Below the pieces are notes generated by a model, which was not told where the DNA came from, did not search any database, and was given only the letters and a program-made list of their open reading frames with translations. A stretch of 58,913 nt of DNA, the filler included, from Choristocarpus tenellus KU-1152 (Eukaryota; Protista; Phaeophyceae), in NCBI GenBank assembly GCA_964200185.2. It is 12 parts of 12 records of this genome, joined end to end, with 100 filler letters (N's around TTAATTAATTAA, not from the genome) between each part and the next. Parts side by side here need not be neighbours in the genome. Positions count along the whole stretch, not along the records: positions 24,332 to 29,447 come from CAXNAD020011818.1; positions 29,548 to 37,817 come from CAXNAD020004912.1; positions 37,918 to 41,631 come from CAXNAD020018346.1; 9 more parts are not named here. One strand, written 5' to 3'. This document shows, piece after piece, positions 25,509 through 38,864 of the stretch. Made by a program: the position numbers and the translations under genes. Position 1 is the stretch's first letter; every line of letters begins with the position of its first letter.

Positions 25509-26033
25509 GGCTGATTTCCAGAGACCACAACTCACCCACCCCAAATCCCAGAAAGCTCTATCAACACCCGCCTTGCCTTAGTCCTCAGTCTCTTCCCTAT
25601 ATTGACCCTATGCGCAAAAGGAGATAAATGATATGCCCAACTTCTAAGACCTATATTATCAGCAGCAGACTAGTACTGCTATCTTTTCAGTCAAGGTGAG
25701 GGAGAGGGGTATGCCAGTTTGTGTGGGAGGTCCAGACAATTCTTACTCCCGCGCAGTGCGCGACTTACGAAACTCGCGAGCATCCAAGGTGATGATCCCC
25801 TTTTTTGAACACAAGCCTCAGACCTGCTGGACCTCTGCCCATGGATTAGATACGTCCTGATGAGGAGGTTGGTGGGATTCGACGTCTCAACGCTGAGTAC
25901 TTGTAGGTCGTCTTGTCAAGCTCTGAGTGGGTGTGCCAACGATCTTGTGGAGAAGTGACAATGCCACGGCTGATTTGTGTGAGATCGTGGCGTCGCAATC
26001 CAGAACAAGAGTAGTGGTCAAACGTCCCTATTC

Positions 26034-29000
26034 ATGGGCGAGAACGGGTCAGACTGGGCCATGATAGAATGGGCAAACAGAGTGCTAGGGAAGGATCCGT
26101 TGATGGAAGGACGAGGACCTCCTTTATCAAGGTTAGCGGGGTGTGTATGTGGGCTCGATGGTGTTGATTCCACAGTTTGAGGTCCTCGAGCGTTATCGAA
26201 CTTGCGAAGAGTTAACTGGGTCTCACCATAATTCTTCGACATGCTGCAGGTTGAACGAGCTGGATGCTGACCGAGTACGATACCTTGTGGACTACGTGCT
26301 GGAACGGTTGACTGCCGAGGAGATATACAATGGCCAATGCCCCGATGGGTGAGCTAAGATCTTGTTGCTCGTCACTGGTCACTGGCATCAATGGTGACTG
26401 GGTGTCCCAGGCTGTGGACTACTGAGGAGGGGATGTGGTATTGTCATTATGGGAGGATTATATGTATATATATTGCCACCAAACCAGTAGCCGAGTAGGA
26501 GAGGCAACTGGTTCTAGGCATCAATTACTTCGAAGTATATTTTTTGTCTGTTATCCAATTCATGAGGTAAAGGTCGTTGGCTGATGGCCCCCAGCACAGA
26601 GCATACGCCTGGGAGAAGGCGTGAAATATGAATGCAAAGAGGAATGGTATTTTGTGGAGAGTAGACATGCCGTACCTACTGCAACAGACTGTGGATATTT
26701 TGCAACAATTTGGGGGAGACATCACTTTGATTGGCGAGCTGTGCCTTTGGTGAGCCACATCGATAACCCGACTACCAAATTATGACTTATGGTTGTTATA
26801 TAATGAGCAGTGGTCTGTGCGTTCCGTGGTCTCAGGTACAGGTTGCCAATATCCTCCAAAAAGTCGAATGCCCTCTTCTAGGGATTTCCTCGTGCCAGTG
26901 CTACCAGCGTTCGTAGAAGCCGACGATACTATGACCCTGCTGCACTTAACAAGGAACTCTTGCTATGGCAAAGTTAAGCCGTGAGGTGATGCTTATCCGA
27001 ACCATGTAGTGAGACCCAGAAACCCAGGTCATTATTATGAATCGCTTCACAACTTTTTGATTCGCGACAATAGGTGTATCGAATTAATAGTAAACCCAGG
27101 TATCACGATTATTTTTTGAAGAGTTGCGCTAATTAGGTTGGTTATATCCTAAAATCCATACTTTCAATCTCATTGAACTCGCTCGGGTACTGTTCTCATC
27201 TTAGGTGATACCACTTCGATGTGTTCATATCTCTCCCTCCCTGAGCTCTCTTCCAAAGGAGTGTGGGCACACTACATACATAAATGTTGCAGATTATGGG
27301 ATATAGACTCTCTATGAGAGTCACATACAGCAGCATACACAAAAGTCCTTCGAGGATATGCAGTACACTCTGGAACCCACCAAGAGTACTTTGAAACTGT
27401 AGGGAGTGCCACAACACACCTCGGGAAAAACGTGCGCCCTTTATGCACTTCCTTGGCACACACACACAGACTAACAATATAGACCGCAGTGGGTAGTACT
27501 CACAATGTACTGGAATATCCATAAATTAGCTATTCAACCACAGCACTGCATTGTTGTGTATTTTCTTGAATTGGCCTCTGTCTGTTCGTGTATGTTGACG
27601 TGGAATGAGAAGGACCCAAGGAGGAGCAAGAGTTTTTTTTTTTCTTTCCTGAAGTCTGAACTGTCTCGTTGTACCTGGTCATAGGACGACGGAACTGCCC
27701 CTCACACAGCAATGTGGCAGTTTTTGTATAAGAGGGTTTCCTGCTCTCACAGACTTGAGGTGGCCGTGGTGACCATCTCCCACGTTTGCAGAACTAACCT
27801 TACAGAAGATGCGAAGTTCTCCCTGCTTGGTTTCTGAAGTTGAAAATCGCCCCTGGCCTGTACCGACTGAACCACCACATACATTACACTAATTTTTCAA
27901 AACCGAATTAATTCGAAAATGATGAAAGGGCCTGCAAATTCCATTCCCCTCCCCACTGTTGCTGAGAGAGATCGTTCCGTCCCCTCCCCCCCAACACGAA
28001 CTAACTATTTTTTCCTCCTCTGACTCACGTGCCCTTCGATCAATGGCGTATGCCACGCCAGCGAAACTGTCCCCACGGATCACTACCCCGTGTGCCCATT
28101 GCGTAAGGAGGTCAGTATCTCTTCCTCAAGTTCCTCACCCTGGCCTGCCCTGGAAGGCTGCAGTGATGACGCCCCTGGAGGAAGAGATGGCGGTGGTGGT
28201 GTCAGTAGTGAGAGTTGTGAGGGCGATGAGGGTGGTTGCAACAGCACTGTTGCCGAAGGCAGCAAAGACATTTCGGGCTCCAGGGAGTTGGTGCTGTGGG
28301 ACAAGCTCAAGGACCTGAGGGAGAGGCCCAATAGCTCTTCCCTTGCAGACTTTCCAAGAGAACTAGGCAAGTTCATTGGAAAGTAGAAGGGGGGTGAGAG
28401 TAAGGTGTGACAGGGGTGGCCATTTTTGTTTTTGCTTGAATTTTACTTTTTGATGATGGTTGCTGCTTGGAAATGGTTAAATATGTGTGTGTATGTGTGT
28501 GTGAATGATGTGTGGTTACATTGTTACTCAGAAGAACGTGCACATGTCGAGCCCTAACCCTTAAATGTGTTCTCCGAAGTATATTGTAATGTATACCATG
28601 TTATATTCGCTGTACTCAGCAGTAGTTCAAAGTGCATGCTTGGTGTGCATTCACCATGGTGCAATGGTTGTTGGGCCCACTGATCGCAAAACCATCTGGT
28701 TGACCAAACCAGAATATTTTTTCTTAGTGTGTGTGTTTTTGCTTGTACTGTGGCGCCTGTCTTGATCATTTCTAAAGATGAGTGTGGCTGCTGCTGGTGA
28801 AGGTTTAGAAAATGGCTGTGACCTCGCCCAAGCCCGTTTCCACAATGCCCAGCGAAAAGCACGCCTGCCAAGAGATTGTACTCTGCCCGTTAACGTTGCT
28901 TCCGCTACTGCAAGCACTGTCTCGCCGTTCACCACACCCCTTGTTTGACAATCTTACTGTCAACTCGGACATAGGGTTAGGGCGTCCTCATGCAGAACCC

Positions 29001-29292
29001 TATGTTGAACCTCTGAGCAGATACACCGACAGTCGAAGACTCTCACACGTTGTGATAATGCAGCATAAGGGCTGATCTTTTCAAACCAGATCGCGATCGC
29101 GGCTCAAGCACGCCCTCTCCCCCCTCCCTCCCCCCCCGGACCCTGTAAATAGATTGTGTTGCTGTTGTTGAGCAGATGACCCAGGGAAATGTGTCCCTGC
29201 TGACCTCCCTGCTACACTTCCTTGTCGAGTGCGATGAGGGCATCGCCATGCGCAACAACGGCCAACTTAAACCTCTCTACAAAAACCAGCTG
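26034..29292 (+). CDS. Putative multi-exon protein of unknown function, N-terminus possibly calponin-homology-like
   Basis: Exons 26034-26131 and 26250-26348 splice in phase to MGENGSDWAMIEWANRVLGKDPLMEGRGPPLSRLNELDADRVRYLVDYVLERLTAEEIYNGQCPDG. Further candidate GT-AG exons lie at ~26666-26748, ~26882-26980, ~28062-28382 and 29176-29292 (MTQGNVSLLTSLLHFLVECDEGIAMRNNGQLKPLYKNQL). The full exon chain is not resolved. Confidence 0.5.
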
Positions 29293-29994
29293 GTGCGTTT
29301 ATTTTTTTCTGATTTGCTCTGACCAAACACAGCACATGCTTGGGCGGGGGGGGGGGGGGGGGGGGGGGGGGGGTGCTCTATAGATGGGAAAAGCGGGGAG
29401 GAGGGAAAGAGGGGAGATATAGGTGGGGGCCGTATCATGAAAAAAAANNNNNNNNNNNNNNNNNNNNNNNNNNNNNNNNNNNNNNNNNNNNTTAATTAAT
29501 TAANNNNNNNNNNNNNNNNNNNNNNNNNNNNNNNNNNNNNNNNNNNNCACTTGTAGATTGTGTAGAAAGGCGGACCCGGTGTGTTTAAAGGCATCTTGCA
29601 AAGGTTTCCCACGGCACAAGGCATGGCTTCCACTTTATTCCCCTACTAGCAACGTACTGTACTGCTGTGTGGTCATGACTCAAGAAGAAAGGCACTTTTC
29701 GCGAGAAATGTTTACGCGCGCGCCAAACTCGCGTGAATATCTCTGGGCTTTTGTGCCAAGTCGCCCGAACACAAGAATTCCGGTACAAAAGCCTATTTTT
29801 TTTAGCATGTCGAAAAAACGATACAAAATGTTGTTTGGTACATAATAGTTGGTATAAAATCGGGGTAGGTACTGTATATAGTTTTCATTGGTTTACACCT
29901 GACACATCTGCAAAATGTCAGAGGTAATAATAATAAAAAACTATATATATTACATCATTACATTTCTATAATACGGACATTTTCCAGATCTGTA

Positions 29995-30120
29995 AGGAAT
30001 AGTGGATTTTAAAAATTGAAGATAGATCATACCATTGAGAATGGGTTTGTGCGAAAATGGTGCGAAAAAAATGCCGATATGTTTTTTTTTGTAAATGTGA
30101 CGGCGTTTTTTAAGGGCCCT
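29995..30120 (-). repeat. Dispersed repeat (family D)
   Basis: Reverse complement of 56128-56252 (GCCCTAAAAAGGTGCCGCAAAATTTACAAAAAAAAACATATCGGCAC...), also matching positions 1-60. Confidence 0.7.
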
Positions 30121-31264
30121 TTTTGAATGGGAATCCATGCCGAATACGGTGGTCGTAGGACATACGTAATTGATATTGTACGTTTCCAATGTTCCGAAAC
30201 TAAAAGGTAAAAAAACTAATATGACACCCTCCGATTTTTTAAGCATATCTTAAATTTTTGGACATTTGTATTCTTAAACACAACTAATTGTCAACAGAAA
30301 GAGAAATCTAAACTCAAGAACCGCTTTTTGTCGTCTCTAGTATTTTTGGAGCCAACATGGCAAAGATGTTACAGGCGAATAGAGGGGAAAAGGCAAGGCA
30401 ATTCAATATCATAACTGTCTCCACAATTCTAAAAGAAATATACAGATTGCTAGTCCCTGAAATCGAAATTCTACCAAGAAATTGGAGGTCAGTGCACTCA
30501 CCAACTAAGTGTTGGAAGACCTTGAGGTGAAGGCTGACGATATCTCAACCAACAACAACATCACTGGGGCTCAGGAGTGTTTGCAATTAGAAGAGCAGGA
30601 GGAGGATGTAGTTAAGTTCTTGGCGCAGGACCTCAACGATGTAAGTAGTGGAAGTAATTTGTACTACAAGCACTGCACATAAGGTTGGTAAGGAAGGGGG
30701 TGCATTGTCCTGAGATCAGAGTACAGCACAGGATGCGGTTGATGGTGATGGTAATGGCAGTGGGTTTAGAGCGGGGCGATTCTTCTTCCACTTTCCTTCA
30801 TTGAAGTCCGAATCATCTATTCTTCAACAGTTGAACTGGAGGCAAATCCGAAAGAGAGTGGATTAAATCGGGCTTGCTGTGCAAGGCAAATATGGACTTC
30901 TTTGAGTGCCTTTCTTTGCGTCAAGATCTTTGATGCAGACAGATATCAGACAGTTCTTTGACTGATGATGGAGGTTGCAATGCGTGGTTGTGTCCTCTGC
31001 ACAAATGAATTTGCATGAACACGACGTCATACCTGATTGAGTTATAAAGTCATAAACATCTGCGCCATACTTGATTTGAAATGCCGACTCTGAGATACTT
31101 ATCTTTTTTGAAAACTCTCTTGTTCAGGCCCCAAAATGCGAAGCTCGCCTTAAAATGTGCTTTAGCCAATAACGAATTCTATATTTGGTGGTGGATAGGG
31201 TCGCCTTAAAAGGGGTCCACATCCTGTTGTATCGTCTTTATATTATTCAACACTTTGTATCTAT

Positions 31265-31462
31265 TGTCTTTTTGACATTTTGGTGTGTCAGGTCAGGGTC
31301 AAAACCAATGAAAAATCAATTCAATATCATAATATCCCCTGTAAAAGTAACAGTGTCCATATACTATTTATAACCAGGTATGATACACCACTCCCCTTCT
31401 ATGCCTCCAACCTAGCTTAGCCCTACACTCCAGGGCGAGGAGCTAGGGAAGCATCCCAAGAA
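31265..31462 (-). mobile_element. LINE 3'-UTR fragment
   Basis: TTGACATTTTGGTGTGTCAGG...CTTAGCCCTACACTCCAGGGCGAGGAGCTAGGGAAGCATCCCAAGAA, matching 3885-4098. Confidence 0.7.
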
Positions 31463-32726
31463 ATATCCTTTGTTGCGCATGACTAGTATATAAATAATTC
31501 TTACACTAAGAGCACCATAGAATTGTATCAATTCGTGTTTGCTAGAGTTAGAGTTACGATGATCGTTATCAATAGTGTTATAGGTTACTGTTTATTGCCT
31601 GAAACCACTTAGTAGGCGATATGCGTAGAGCAGGTTGCATATGTTTCTGTGCTGGAAAGCTCATTTTCTGGTTGGAGCAAGCACGTGTTGGTGGTATGTC
31701 GGAGAGTTCGTCCATTCTTAATATTAATTATGTACTCAAGGTGCACCTCACCACTACTGGTATCTGATTCAATACCAAATCAATCATACTCTGAACCGAC
31801 CTTTCAACTCCTTCGGTCTTCCCCATCCCTCACTCTATACCACCTATTATACGTTAACCTCCACGGCTTGTGTTAGTTGTAGTATATGATTTGTGACACT
31901 GTGTAAATGACAATTTATGAACCCACGTTTATCTATGTGGGTTACTCAATTCTGATTTGTTTGTCATCTGCACGTGAACATCATTCATTGTGTTATTGTT
32001 CATTTTTACTTTTTTTGAAAAGGTTGGTGGACATGACATAATGACCCCTCGCTTCTTCTGCCCTTGGATATGTATGTTTTTTACAATTTGGTCTTTCTCA
32101 ACTACGCAAAAAATGCAACACGAACGTACGTAATAGAGAAACATAAGTGATTGGACCAGCAAAGGCGCAGTGGCTCACTGGACTGATGATGCTTGGGGTG
32201 AGGATCAATGAAGAAGGTAGATCAAAACCAATCTGACCATACACTACTAATAACTCAAAGATGCTATCAACCATTCCTTTCCATATAATTGCCTACAGAA
32301 GGTATTAGGGGAAGGTGGCAAAGTACGCACCATGTACTCTTGTAACGGAAGTAGTTCCTATCAGCACCTCATTTAGTTATGGCTCAGGGTGTCAGACCAC
32401 AAAACAAAAGCCAGCCAGACGACCACATGCAGGGCGTCACCAAACTAAACAATACAGGTACAACGGCTTTCACCCTAGCTATTGTGACACCATGATCAAA
32501 AATTGCTTCAATCTGGACGGGTCAAGTAGCGACTGCTATGTGCTCAGGTATTGATATGGCATTGACATGGCACACCCAAAACACATCCATGTAGCTCTAG
32601 ATGCAACCATTCTATATGTAGTATCACCATCACTGGGTTAGCCATTGCTCCTAACCCACTCGAAGACATTGAGATAGATAGATGGTCTACATAGGTAGCA
32701 TCAACACGAAAAGCTGACATTCCATT

Positions 32727-32989
32727 GAATCAAAGTAAACGAGAGGTACCCAGGGTTGCTTCTAAGGATGCTGACAATTTATGTGCAAAATTCGACTTTT
32801 TAAAAACCAAATGCGTGTAGGTTACTTTCTAACTTCTGCCGCAATAGTTTCAAACAAGAGAGAAACAAACGCTCTCAGGTCAAACTTAGAACTTCATCCA
32901 CAGAAATATGAGCGAATTACAAAATATTGAAAAACAGACTTAATATGCAAAATGCCTCGAACCTGGGTAACTCTGTTTTTTTTCCACTC
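32727..32989 (+). mobile_element. MITE family B
   Basis: GAATCAAAGTAAACGAGAGGTACCCAG ... CCTGGGTAACTC...CACTC, homologous to 38593-38864 and 45090-45356. Confidence 0.75.
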
Positions 32990-35900
32990 ACTATTTACAT
33001 TCCTCTCAAGAGAGTCAGGTGTCCCGCAGCTAGCTGTCGAAGAGGTCACTCACTCTAAAGGTGAGTGCACTCATCTCAAGAATACTCGTTCAATCTGCCC
33101 CATTGCAAGATATCCAAGTGTACCCTTGATACAGAAAAACACCCAGACGGGCACTGTAAGTATATCAATTCCGAGGACAGCCAGTAGCCGTAGCCCACCT
33201 GAAGACATGAAGTTGTCCCCTTGCTGCATCAATAAAACAAGCAATCACTATCCCTACGACAGTCATTGGCGCTAACCCACATCAAGACATCCAGGTACCC
33301 CGAACCTGCTGCTTGGGTGCAGGTGGTCTCATACCAATGACAGTTGTTCACCCTTGCAATCTTTAGATATACTCAGTGATATCCAGGTGCAATTAACAAA
33401 GTAACCTCCAGGTGCAATTACCAAGTGATCTCCAGCCTTAATTAGATTACAGGTGTGCTTATTTTAATTGAAATTAAAGCGCTATTCTTGCTCAAGACAA
33501 CTTGGACGCCAAGTAAACACCTAACATGACGATTGTTAAAAGGGTCTAATCATCGCAAGATTAATGGTTTTAAGAAATGGATTCGCTTAATAGTGCCAGG
33601 AGACACCCAAAGTCGTCCCTGACTCCCTGGCTTCGTGCTAAGTTTGTGTAAACCGTGCATCTCCACGTTCTGATCCTCTCCTTTTCCTACTTGGCATGCC
33701 CATCCTTCAGTTACACTCGTTGAAAGTAAGCTTATGGTGGGACGAGTTGGTGTCCGGTTTCCCAGTGTACTTGAATACCTGCACTTCTGGGGGAGAGATC
33801 CAGGTCTCCGTAATGAGAAAGTATTTATTATTTCGCGGAATGGGTTGCTACATCCTTTTTGGGTCTCTTTAATGTACGTACCATGTATTGCCAGCCAAGC
33901 AAGCACGCAAAAAAGTCAACGACATATTATTTGATACTCAGCTCTGGAGGAATAATGAGTGACACGTGTCACGTTATTACTTCCCACAAAAACATCTTCG
34001 GACTGTCAGAGAGACATGTATGTACAGCACAGCCATGTTACAGTGTATCTATGTCTCACTGAAGTACGCATTTTTAATAATGATGTGTTGATGACTCTTC
34101 AACACGATAATACAACTACAGCTACACCTTAGTACTGGATTGTTGACATAAAATACATAATAACAAAACAACTGCTTGCCCATCCTCACTCTTCTGAAAC
34201 GGTAAACAAAGATAGCTAACTAAGATTCGTCCCGGTTTCGGCAGAGTGTCTCCATTTCCTCGTGGTACTTGGCCACATCCTTGATTAGGGTTCCATCGTT
34301 GTCGCTTTCTCTGATGGTGTCAACACCTGGTCGCTATTGCATGTAGAATTCAAGGTCTATTTTTTGTCTTTGCCACCGAGCTGAATCACCACCAGGCATT
34401 GGACGTTTTTCTTTCCTTTCTTTATATCCAAGATCTAAAGATAGGAGACTTCATCCTACCAGACACAATACTACATATTTCTTTGAGTCAATTACAAATT
34501 GATTCCGCTGTGGGCCAGACTCCATAATCATCGTAGCTGCACCATCGGTACATTTGTCAGACTGACCCGTTTCACGAAGTTGTTGAAGAAGCCTTAATAA
34601 GAAGCTGGTGGGAATGTTTGATGTGTCCGGCGACTATCAAGGTAGTAAACCAGACCAGTCCGGTCCAACCAGTCGCCTCGGTGTAAGGCCCTGACATTTG
34701 TCGAAGGGGGTTGCGTCATACACAACAAGTAAGTGAACCTCTTCGCTGTGTGAAAAATACGCAGATTTTTTATGCTGTGTTATAATGGTATATTTCTTTT
34801 GTAGACCTACGTTTCCTTTTCACCCACAACAACGTTCGATTGCAAAATACACGTTGATCAGGTACAAAATAGTTACTTACGTACTCCAATGTATCAATTA
34901 AAACAATATTGCACTGTTTTTTCAGGGATGGTGCTATGATCGAGTGTTGGCTCAGCTTGATCAAAGAAATGAATGGGTCATGAAGAGATCATCACCTGGG
35001 TGGAAATAAGGATGAACAAGGACTTCTTGTAACGAATGGGGGAGGTTTACGATCAGTGGCGTGGGAAGATTGGGCTGGATGGAGCGGAGAGACAGATAAC
35101 TTGGCTGCCTGAGCTGAAATATCACCACGTACAAATAGGTGCAATGGGAAACGAACACTCAACTATGCAAGGATTGTTGTGTGTCATCTAACCTCAGATC
35201 ATTGGAGAGGACAATTTTATTTGTCTTTGCTGGGTAAAGAATATTAGATCCAATTATTGGTATATATACTGATCAATGTAGCCGCAGTTTTGGAACAAAG
35301 CATGGAATCCTGAAAAAATCCACTCTCCATCGCCATCCATGTAAATTTGTACTGAACATAGGCGACTGAGAAACTCGAAAAAGTATAGGATTGTGTCTCC
35401 TCAGTAAGTGCACCAACACCTTCTCTTTACATCGATCGTGAGTTGTAGAATTTGTCGTGTTGGGTACAAGCACAATAATTTGTTGTCATGAGTACATCGA
35501 TTGGTTGCAAACAAAAAACCACTACCTAATACTCAATATTTTGAAGTTGTGCAGTCCGTTCATTGTTCTTGTCGGGGAAGGCTTAGAGATGGTGCTGTCA
35601 TTTCCCAATGTTTGCATTGTGTACCTACCTATTGTTTCCCCCTCGTTTGTTTGTCGGACTTCTTTGTACGTCCGTGAGATGCAAGCGATTATATCATTGC
35701 ACACTTCGTTGACAGCAACGAGAATTTATTGAAAAAGTACTCAAACAAGACAGTTGCATCAACTTTGACCACAAATTTGAGGTGTAGTACTGAGAACTCG
35801 CTCTGCCTCCTCTTAAACACACCAGGAAAAGACTGCTTCTTCTAAATGTCCTCATACCCCCTGCCTGTATCTATCGATACTTATGGGTCACGAGAAAGGT

Positions 35901-36963
35901 CTTGCTTGACCAAAATCAGTTACTCATGAAATATTTGTAGTGATTGCCACTGGCGACCCTATGGGGGTGAGTGCATATGGATGGTAAGACAGGGGACACA
36001 CAGTAATTGTACACTGCATGAGACATGACCATACACAACACATACCAAGGAATTACATCACAATAAGACTTATCTTTCCCCACCAATAATGAAGAATGTG
36101 ATCCCTGTTGTGCCTGCGTCTGAAATTAAGGGTTGTTGGGTCACTCTAAGATTGAGCCAGCCTTACATCGATTTGATGAGACGATCCTCTACATCTCACA
36201 TGTTTGACACGACCCTCAACCTTTGCTTGCATATACACTATGAAGGACAGCTAAGTAAATACCAACGCCCCACCACAGCATCAACATTTCTCTCACATTC
36301 CACATTTTCAAATCCCTCCTTACTGCAGGGTGGAGTAATAAAAACACCACTGTGGCAGTGGAGGACTTTGCGATCTGGAGCATAGTTTAAATAATTTGAA
36401 AGGTTGACTTTTCGAGAGAGGAGGGTGATCTTCCAGGTTACAGGTAGGAAGTTCATTCAATTCCCCTAACCCTAACCCTATGCTGCAGTCCAAATAACAC
36501 GTACCAGATCTCACACACCAATCCCAATCAGGCCAGGGCCAGTAAACCTCCCCACGGCACAAAAATATATTATGCATCTAAACATCACATTTTGAAGGGA
36601 AGCAACACTAGCCAACATCCACCATCAAGCTCATGCAACACGATGGAGTAACACAATAAAGGCACCCTACTACTGGAAAACAGTGTCAAAAATTGTTTTG
36701 GGACCTAAAAACTACCCAGCAATCAAAAGGGAAAAACGAATTATATGTGATAAGATCAACAAGACACGTCATGTGCACGTCAGAATCGGTATCTCAACAC
36801 AAAAACCTACTAAAAAATAACAGCAGCACTCAAGATACAGTGGGGGGGCAGAACCCTCAACTAAGCAGAACCTATAGAGCCCCTCTTTCCTCCCTAGTTA
36901 ACCCCTCCCAATACCCCTGTCATTGCCACTCCTGTGGGTAGGCCCCATAAACGGGGTGAATGT

Positions 36964-37476
36964 TTAGGGATCATCAAGCCTCAGAAGGGGCAGGATTTCA
37001 GGCATGCGTCGACAGTAGTCAAAGTGTGACTCTACCACCGGGGACAGATCAATGTTCTCAACAACATTTCCAACACCAGCCCCAGGGCCATCGTCTTCTG
37101 GAAGACAGGTCACTGCCTGGGTCCCAGCCACTCCAATGGAGAGACTCTTCGCCCTGAACACAAGACCCAGAGTGAGGTCCCTACTGGAGTACCCATTGAT
37201 TAGGCGTCCGTGCACAACCCGTCGGGCTCTCACCCAACGACCAGGGTTCACCCCAATCGGTGCTCCCAGTAGCACCACATTATCCAAGATGCCTGCAGCA
37301 CTCCGTGCTTCACCAGATGCCCCCCTCCCCTTACCGCTGTCACCCCTTGATCCCACACCTCCACCCTTATTCATGCCTCCGGTCCTGCTTGGGAACCGGG
37401 CAGAAATGCGTCCCTTGAGATTGTTTCCTCTAGCGTTTACTGCAGGGTTGGTGCTGTCAAAAGATTCCTCTGCTAC
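36964..37476 (-). CDS. TMCO4: TMCO4/DUF726 (Mil1-like alpha/beta-hydrolase-fold) protein, last exon
   Basis: A (CTT)n pyrimidine tract plus CAG acceptor at 37477 is followed by 171 codons to TAA. Motifs: NVVLLGAPI, W.RARRVVHGRLINGYS..D..LG.VFR, VAG, VENIDLS.VV.SH..Y...MPEIL. Confidence 0.88.
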   Translation of the reverse strand, partial: VAEESFDSTNPAVNARGNNLKGRISARFPSRTGGMNKGGGVGSRGDSGKGRGASGEARSAAGILDNVVLLGAPIGVNPGRWVRARRVVHGRLINGYSSRDLTLGLVFRAKSLSIGVAGTQAVTCLPEDDGPGAGVGNVVENIDLSPVVESHFDYCRRMPEILPLLRLDDP

Positions 37477-37917
37477 CTGAGGAAGAAGGAGAAGAAGAAG
37501 AAGAAGAAAGTCAATGAGGAGGGATACGGGCAGAGAGAGCAATATCAATCACTTGGCTAGGGTTAGGGTTAGGGCTACAGTATTAACGGTGGTGGAATGT
37601 ACTCTTCAATACATTGAATAACGGTAGCGCTTTGAAGTAGGTACCACTAGTAGGGCCGCGAAAGGGGTATAGGGATGACACTTGTGCAGGTTACTAGAAG
37701 TCAAGTTGTATGGATAGTTGTAAATGTCATCCGACACCCCCCCCCCCCACACACCACACCACTACAACCACAATCAAAAAACACCAAAGAAACACAGCAA
37801 CCAAACAAACCCACAAANNNNNNNNNNNNNNNNNNNNNNNNNNNNNNNNNNNNNNNNNNNNTTAATTAATTAANNNNNNNNNNNNNNNNNNNNNNNNNNN
37901 NNNNNNNNNNNNNNNNN

Positions 37918-38157
37918 GGTACGAGTTTTTCCCTGTTTGTCCATTTGGGGCTTAGCTTCCCACGGGTTTTTAATGACATTTTACCTACTCCAAAAAGTTT
38001 AGGAGTAGGTAAAATGTATACATTATGAAAATGTGTGTCCGGAACAAGGATATTGACACTTCATAACAAACACGATAGCTAAAATTACATCAAAATTGCA
38101 ACATTGGATTTTGACCCCCAAATGGACGCAGCTCTACCCTCTAAGATACTTCGACTC
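37918..38157 (+). mobile_element. MITE family A, left TIR cut by contig start
   Basis: GGTACGAGTTTTTCCCTGTTTGTCC ... TACCCTCTAAGATACTTCGACTC. Confidence 0.88.
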
Positions 38158-38421
38158 ATTGATTTCCCAGCTCACCACGATTAATCACTTTATTCCACGA
38201 TTGATTTTCCAGCTCACCACGATTAATTAGTTGCTTCGACGATTGATTTCCCAGCTCACCAAGATTAATCAGTTGCTTCGACAATTGATTTCCCAGCTCA
38301 CCACTATTAATTACTCGATTCCACGATTGATTTCCCAGCTCACCACGATTAATTACTCGCTTCGATGATTGATTTCCCAGGAATGCCACGATTGTTAGTC
38401 GATTCGATGATTGATTTCCCG
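38158..38421. repeat. Minisatellite, 42-bp unit, ~6.3 copies
   Basis: TTGATTTCCC (TTGATTTTCC at 38201) recurs at 38159, 38201, 38243, 38285, 38327, 38369 and 38411. Consensus is ATTGATTTCCCAGCTCACCACGATTAATTAGTTGCTTCGACG. Confidence 0.92.
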
Positions 38422-38592
38422 TTTTTGTACCAAGCGGTACAAACCCGATAATGTACCACATCAATTATGTACCGCTTTTTCGGGCATGCCCATGGGTGAA
38501 CAAAATCGGGTAACCTACAGTAGGGGAAACATAAGGCTCTGTCATTCGAAGCTCATTATCACTATAATACAAGGTCATTTCATTTTTTACCT

Positions 38593-38864
38593 GAGATTGA
38601 AGTAAACGAGAGAGGTGCCTAGTTTTGTTGCATTTGAAGGATGCTGAAAAATGATATGCAAAATTCGTCTATTTTTATGAACGCGTATAGGATACTTTCT
38701 GGATTGTGTCGAAAACTTTCAAACAATAAAGAAATCAACGTTCTCAAGTCATTTTTAGTCCTCCATCCATAGAAATATGGGTGAATTGCCAAAGATAATA
38801 AAAAAACTGAAGTAAAATGTAAAATCATCATAGCCTGGGTGGGTTCCCTTGTTTACGTTGGCTC
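38593..38864 (+). mobile_element. MITE family B
   Basis: GAGATTGAAGTAAACGAGAGAGGTGCCTAG ... CCTGGGT...GTTTACGTTGGCTC. Confidence 0.72.

Noticed and set aside
33300-36000. Possible retroelement or viral relic; similar impressions at 12600-13290, 30350-31100 and 50760-51600
   Set aside because: No catalytic or structural motif could be recognised by eye, so no call is supportable without a homology search.
38158-38421. CRISPR-like array (constant ~29 bp plus variable ~13 bp)
   Set aside because: The variable parts are short and homologous to each other, there are no cas genes, and the context is eukaryotic. It is a minisatellite.
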